Both the position numbers and the translations under genes were made by a program. 64,000 nucleotides of DNA from Thermoanaerobaculia bacterium (GTDB lineage: Bacteria > Acidobacteriota > Thermoanaerobaculia > Multivoradales > UBA5704). The stretch lies in the NCBI GenBank assembly GCA_035556715.1, contig DATMER010000074.1, forward strand, positions 3,737 to 67,736, given 5' to 3'. A model generated the notes under the pieces. That model ran no database searches. It was not told the origin of the DNA and saw only the letters and a list, made by a program, of their open reading frames with translations. This document shows positions 61,498 to 64,000 of this stretch, piece after piece; the stretch's first letter is position 1, and every line of letters starts with the position of its first letter.

Positions 61498-63240
61498 ATG
61501 AACCAGTCCTTCTTCTGTAGGGGCGGGTCTTGTGCCCGCCCGGGTGGGCGGAGATCCCGCTCCACGATCCCGCCGCATCTCGTTCCCGGAAGTTTCCCCC
61601 GCCCGGGCGGGCACAAGACCCGCCCCTACATTTACTTACTCTGTCTGCTGATTGCCGGGCCGCTGCTCGCCCAGAACCCCCTGGCGGTGCGCTATCGATC
61701 CGCGGACACCATCTATCTCACCGCCGGACGAGCCGCGGGGCTGGAGGTCGGGGACCGCCTGGAGGTCGTGCGAGGGAGTGAAGTCATTGCCGAGATCGAG
61801 GTGATCTTCACGGCCGAGCACTCGGCCTCCTGCCGCGTCCTGAGCGAGCGCAAGCCGGTCCAGCCGGCGGACCGGGTGCGGCGGATCGGCGAGACGACAC
61901 CGGCTCCATCCCCTCAGGAAACTCCCGCACCTGCCCCGGCCCCGCAGCCGGAAGAGCCGCGGCGATCCTTGTTCGGAAACCGGGAGAGCTACCGTCCCTC
62001 CCGGACCCGCGTGACCGGCGCGGTCTCCCTCGATACGGAGACCTTCTCCGACGGGACCGAGGACCGCCGCGACTTCAACCGCACCGCGGCCCGGCTCAAT
62101 CTCCGGGTGCGGGACATCGCCGGCACTCCGCTCCAGGTCCGCCTGCGGATGAGGTCCCTGAACGAGGAGCGCGAGCGGCGGCTGACCGGCGGCATCCCCG
62201 AATCCACGAGCCGCGACCGCCTCTATGAGCTGGCCGTGATCTACGAGCCCGACGACGCCCGCTACGGCTTCCGTCTCGGCCGGCTCGGCACCAGCCCGTT
62301 CCTGGGGATCGGCTATCTCGACGGCGGCCTCGGCAAGATGCGGGTCGTGGGACCGCTGGAGCTGGGCGGTTTCTACGGCCGGCGGCCGAACGTCGAGGAG
62401 CTGGGCTTCGATGGCTCCGGCTCCAAGTACGGCCTCTTCGCCAGGATTGCCCCGGAGTCGAACGCGGTCGAGTTCCTCGTCGCGGGCATCCGCGAGGAGG
62501 GCGACACGGACATCAGCCGCGAGTACGTGGCCGTCGAGACCCGGTACGACGCGGGCGAGCGCTGGAGCTTCCACCAGCACGCCGAGCTGGACCTCAACAC
62601 CGGCTGGCGCGAAGAGGCCGCGGGCAGCACCTCGCAGCTCTCCCAGCTCGCGCTCACCGCCATCGGCCGGGTCTCGGACCGTAGCCGGGTGGTGATCTCC
62701 TACGACCGCTACGAGCGCTACTTCACCGAGGAGACCCGCTTCCTCCCCACTGAGCTGTTCGACGACCTGACGCGCCAGGGGCTGAGGGTGAGCTGGCAGG
62801 CGGGACCGCCGCGCGGGCTGAATTTCTCGGTGACCGGCGGCGCCCACTTCGCGGATGCCCCCGATGAGGATATCGAAGGACTGGAGTCCGACACGAGCTA
62901 CTCCCTGGGCCTCGGCGCCTGGCATCCCGAGCTGTCCGGCCTCAAGCTCTTCGTAGGCGCCGACGTGCTGGGCTTCACCAATCCGACCACCGACGGCATC
63001 CTCGTCAACGCCCGGTTGGGCCGGCGCTTCAACCCGGGCCACGAGCTGAGCTTCACCCTGGGCGGCACCCTCTCCCGGCAGCCGCTCCTGGTCGACGAGG
63101 AGACCACCACGCAATGGGCGAGAGCTTCGCTCTGGCTGGAGCTGCCCCTGGACCTCTTCGGCCAGGCCGAGCTCGAAGTCCTGACCGGCGACGAGATCGA
63201 GGGTCAGCGCCTGAGCCTCGGCCTCGGGTACCGCTTCTGA
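61498..63240 (+). CDS. Putative outer-membrane beta-barrel protein (porin partner of cytochromes); start uncertain
   Basis: Signal-like [15 protein letters not shown]; alternating amphipathic beta-strand pattern; C-terminal LGLGYRF with terminal Phe. The only in-frame ATGs (61462, 61498) lie upstream of or within the palindrome. Confidence 0.5.
   Translation: MNQSFFCRGGSCARPGGRRSRSTIPPHLVPGSFPRPGGHKTRPYIYLLCLLIAGPLLAQNPLAVRYRSADTIYLTAGRAAGLEVGDRLEVVRGSEVIAEIEVIFTAEHSASCRVLSERKPVQPADRVRRIGETTPAPSPQETPAPAPAPQPEEPRRSLFGNRESYRPSRTRVTGAVSLDTETFSDGTEDRRDFNRTAARLNLRVRDIAGTPLQVRLRMRSLNEERERRLTGGIPESTSRDRLYELAVIYEPDDARYGFRLGRLGTSPFLGIGYLDGGLGKMRVVGPLELGGFYGRRPNVEELGFDGSGSKYGLFARIAPESNAVEFLVAGIREEGDTDISREYVAVETRYDAGERWSFHQHAELDLNTGWREEAAGSTSQLSQLALTAIGRVSDRSRVVISYDRYERYFTEETRFLPTELFDDLTRQGLRVSWQAGPPRGLNFSVTGGAHFADAPDEDIEGLESDTSYSLGLGAWHPELSGLKLFVGADVLGFTNPTTDGILVNARLGRRFNPGHELSFTLGGTLSRQPLLVDEETTTQWARASLWLELPLDLFGQAELEVLTGDEIEGQRLSLGLGYRF
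61519..61626. repeat. Nested palindrome: two 28-bp inverted arms, each itself a 7-bp-stem hairpin
   Basis: TAGGGGCGGGTCTTGTGCCCGCCCGGG ... CCCGGGCGGGCACAAGACCCGCCCCTAC, ~48 nt apart, starting 24 nt after the 10-heme cytochrome stop. Confidence 0.6.
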
Positions 63241-64000
63241 TGTCCGAGCCGGTCCTCGTCTGGGGCGCGGCCCTCCTGATCGCGGGCCTGATCGTCCTCC
63301 CCTACCTCCTCCGGTTCCGCCGGAGGGTGAAGCTGGACCGGGAGCGCAAGGAGGAGGCCGCGGCCCTGGGCATCGACAAGCCCGCGGCCCAGTTCCCCTA
63401 CATCGACCCGAGCCGCTGCATCGGCTGCGGCGCCTGCGTGAAGGCCTGCCCCGAAGGGGACGTGCTCGGTGTCGTGGGCGGCACGGCCGTGGTGGTCAAC
63501 GGCCTGAAGTGTGTGGGGCACGGCCGCTGCGAGGAGGCCTGCCCGGTCGGCGCGATCCAGGTCGGCCTCGGCGATCTCAAGTCGCGGGAGGACGTCCCTC
63601 TCCTCGACGATCATTATCAGACCACCGTCCCCGGCATCTACATCGTGGGCGAGCTCGGCGGGCTCTCCCTGGTCCGCAACGCCGCGTTCCAGGGACGCCG
63701 GGTCATCGAGCACCTGCCCCGGATGGAGAGCACGCCGGGAGTCCTGGATGTGGCCATCGTCGGAGCAGGACCGGCGGGCTTGAGCGCGGGCCTCACCGCC
63801 GCCACCTCCGGCCTCTCCTACGCGGTCTTCGAGCGGGAGGAGACCCTGGGCGGCAGCCTCCTCCACTACCCGCGGCGCAAGATGGTCCTCACGCAACGCG
63901 TCGAGCTGCCCCCCTGGGGATCGCTGGACCGCGAGGAGTACTCCAAGGAGGTCCTCCTCGATCTCTTCGAAGGGCTGGTCCGGGATCACACTCTCGACGT
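63240..64000 (+). CDS. 4Fe-4S ferredoxin domain + FAD/NAD(P)-binding oxidoreductase (runs off window end)
   Basis: ATG overlaps the OMP stop (TGATG); N-terminal TM; two Cys clusters CIGCGACVKACP and CVGHGRCEEACP; Rossmann motif VAIVGAGPAGLSAG. Not in the ORF track because there is no stop before the window end. Confidence 0.7.
   Translation, partial: MSEPVLVWGAALLIAGLIVLPYLLRFRRRVKLDRERKEEAAALGIDKPAAQFPYIDPSRCIGCGACVKACPEGDVLGVVGGTAVVVNGLKCVGHGRCEEACPVGAIQVGLGDLKSREDVPLLDDHYQTTVPGIYIVGELGGLSLVRNAAFQGRRVIEHLPRMESTPGVLDVAIVGAGPAGLSAGLTAATSGLSYAVFEREETLGGSLLHYPRRKMVLTQRVELPPWGSLDREEYSKEVLLDLFEGLVRDHTLD

Overview
High-GC (~68%) bacterial chromosomal window. The organism is probably an Acidobacteriota-type: an ADOP-family duplicated FtsX permease is present, there are many secreted peptidases, and a distinctive GC-rich palindromic repeat recurs through the window. 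Long spurious ORFs appear in several frames because of the high GC; calls were made only where the translation shows recognisable domain motifs.

In window order:
1. 1-8.4 kb, a minus-strand housekeeping operon: rimO, ribF, trxA, an M24 Xaa-Pro peptidase and a HerA-like P-loop ATPase, followed by a DUF4126 membrane protein and a transglutaminase-like TPR lipoprotein.
2. 8.4-8.8 kb: a decayed PIN toxin remnant and a small ORF.
3. 9.7-19 kb, a compact class II lanthipeptide gene cluster on the minus strand: AT-rich promoter, lanA, stem-loop, lanM, a 57-aa membrane ORF, lanT (C39 peptidase-ABC exporter), then a Uma2 endonuclease. The precursor has a double-glycine leader and a 30-aa core with 8 Cys and 8 Ser/Thr. 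An ADOP permease lies immediately upstream. This is the most likely new system here.
4. 19-23.6 kb: an L,D-transpeptidase, a hairpin-rich element bounded by inverted repeats, a frameshifted TIR-NB-ARC-TPR (STAND) gene and a vapBC pair.
5. 23.7-33.5 kb: an esterase, a NicO-like transporter, smc, a DinB-family protein, a second L,D-transpeptidase, a DUF2007 protein, a low-GC array of ~80-bp tandem repeats, a Cys-rich secreted mini-protein and tRNA-Leu(UAA).
6. 33.6-49.5 kb, peptidase-rich: two M28, two M16, a DUF885 and an ABC-2 permease fused to an M1 aminopeptidase, plus UbiB and two FG-GAP/VCBS repeat proteins.
7. 49.5-54.3 kb, a composite insertion hotspot at the 3' end of a lipoprotein gene: relE/parE plus antitoxin, a decayed duplicate of the lipoprotein 3' end, and a small protein plus STAND ATPase-TPR cassette flanked by inverted repeats. 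Next come a 21-bp x ~13 tandem array and a DUF3782 PD-(D/E)xK-like protein. Repeated att-like 18-bp and 55-bp direct repeats frame this region.
8. 54.3-58 kb: a HAMP-PP2C phosphatase, an M28 peptidase and a thioredoxin-like protein.
9. 58-64 kb, a putative porin-cytochrome electron conduit: a His-rich membrane protein, a 23-heme and a 10-heme c-type cytochrome, a putative outer-membrane beta-barrel and a ferredoxin/FAD oxidoreductase that runs off the window end.

At least eight copies of a ~70-170 bp palindromic repeat (termini CCTCACCCCC...GGGGGTGAGG) sit between genes and in several cases supply gene C-termini.
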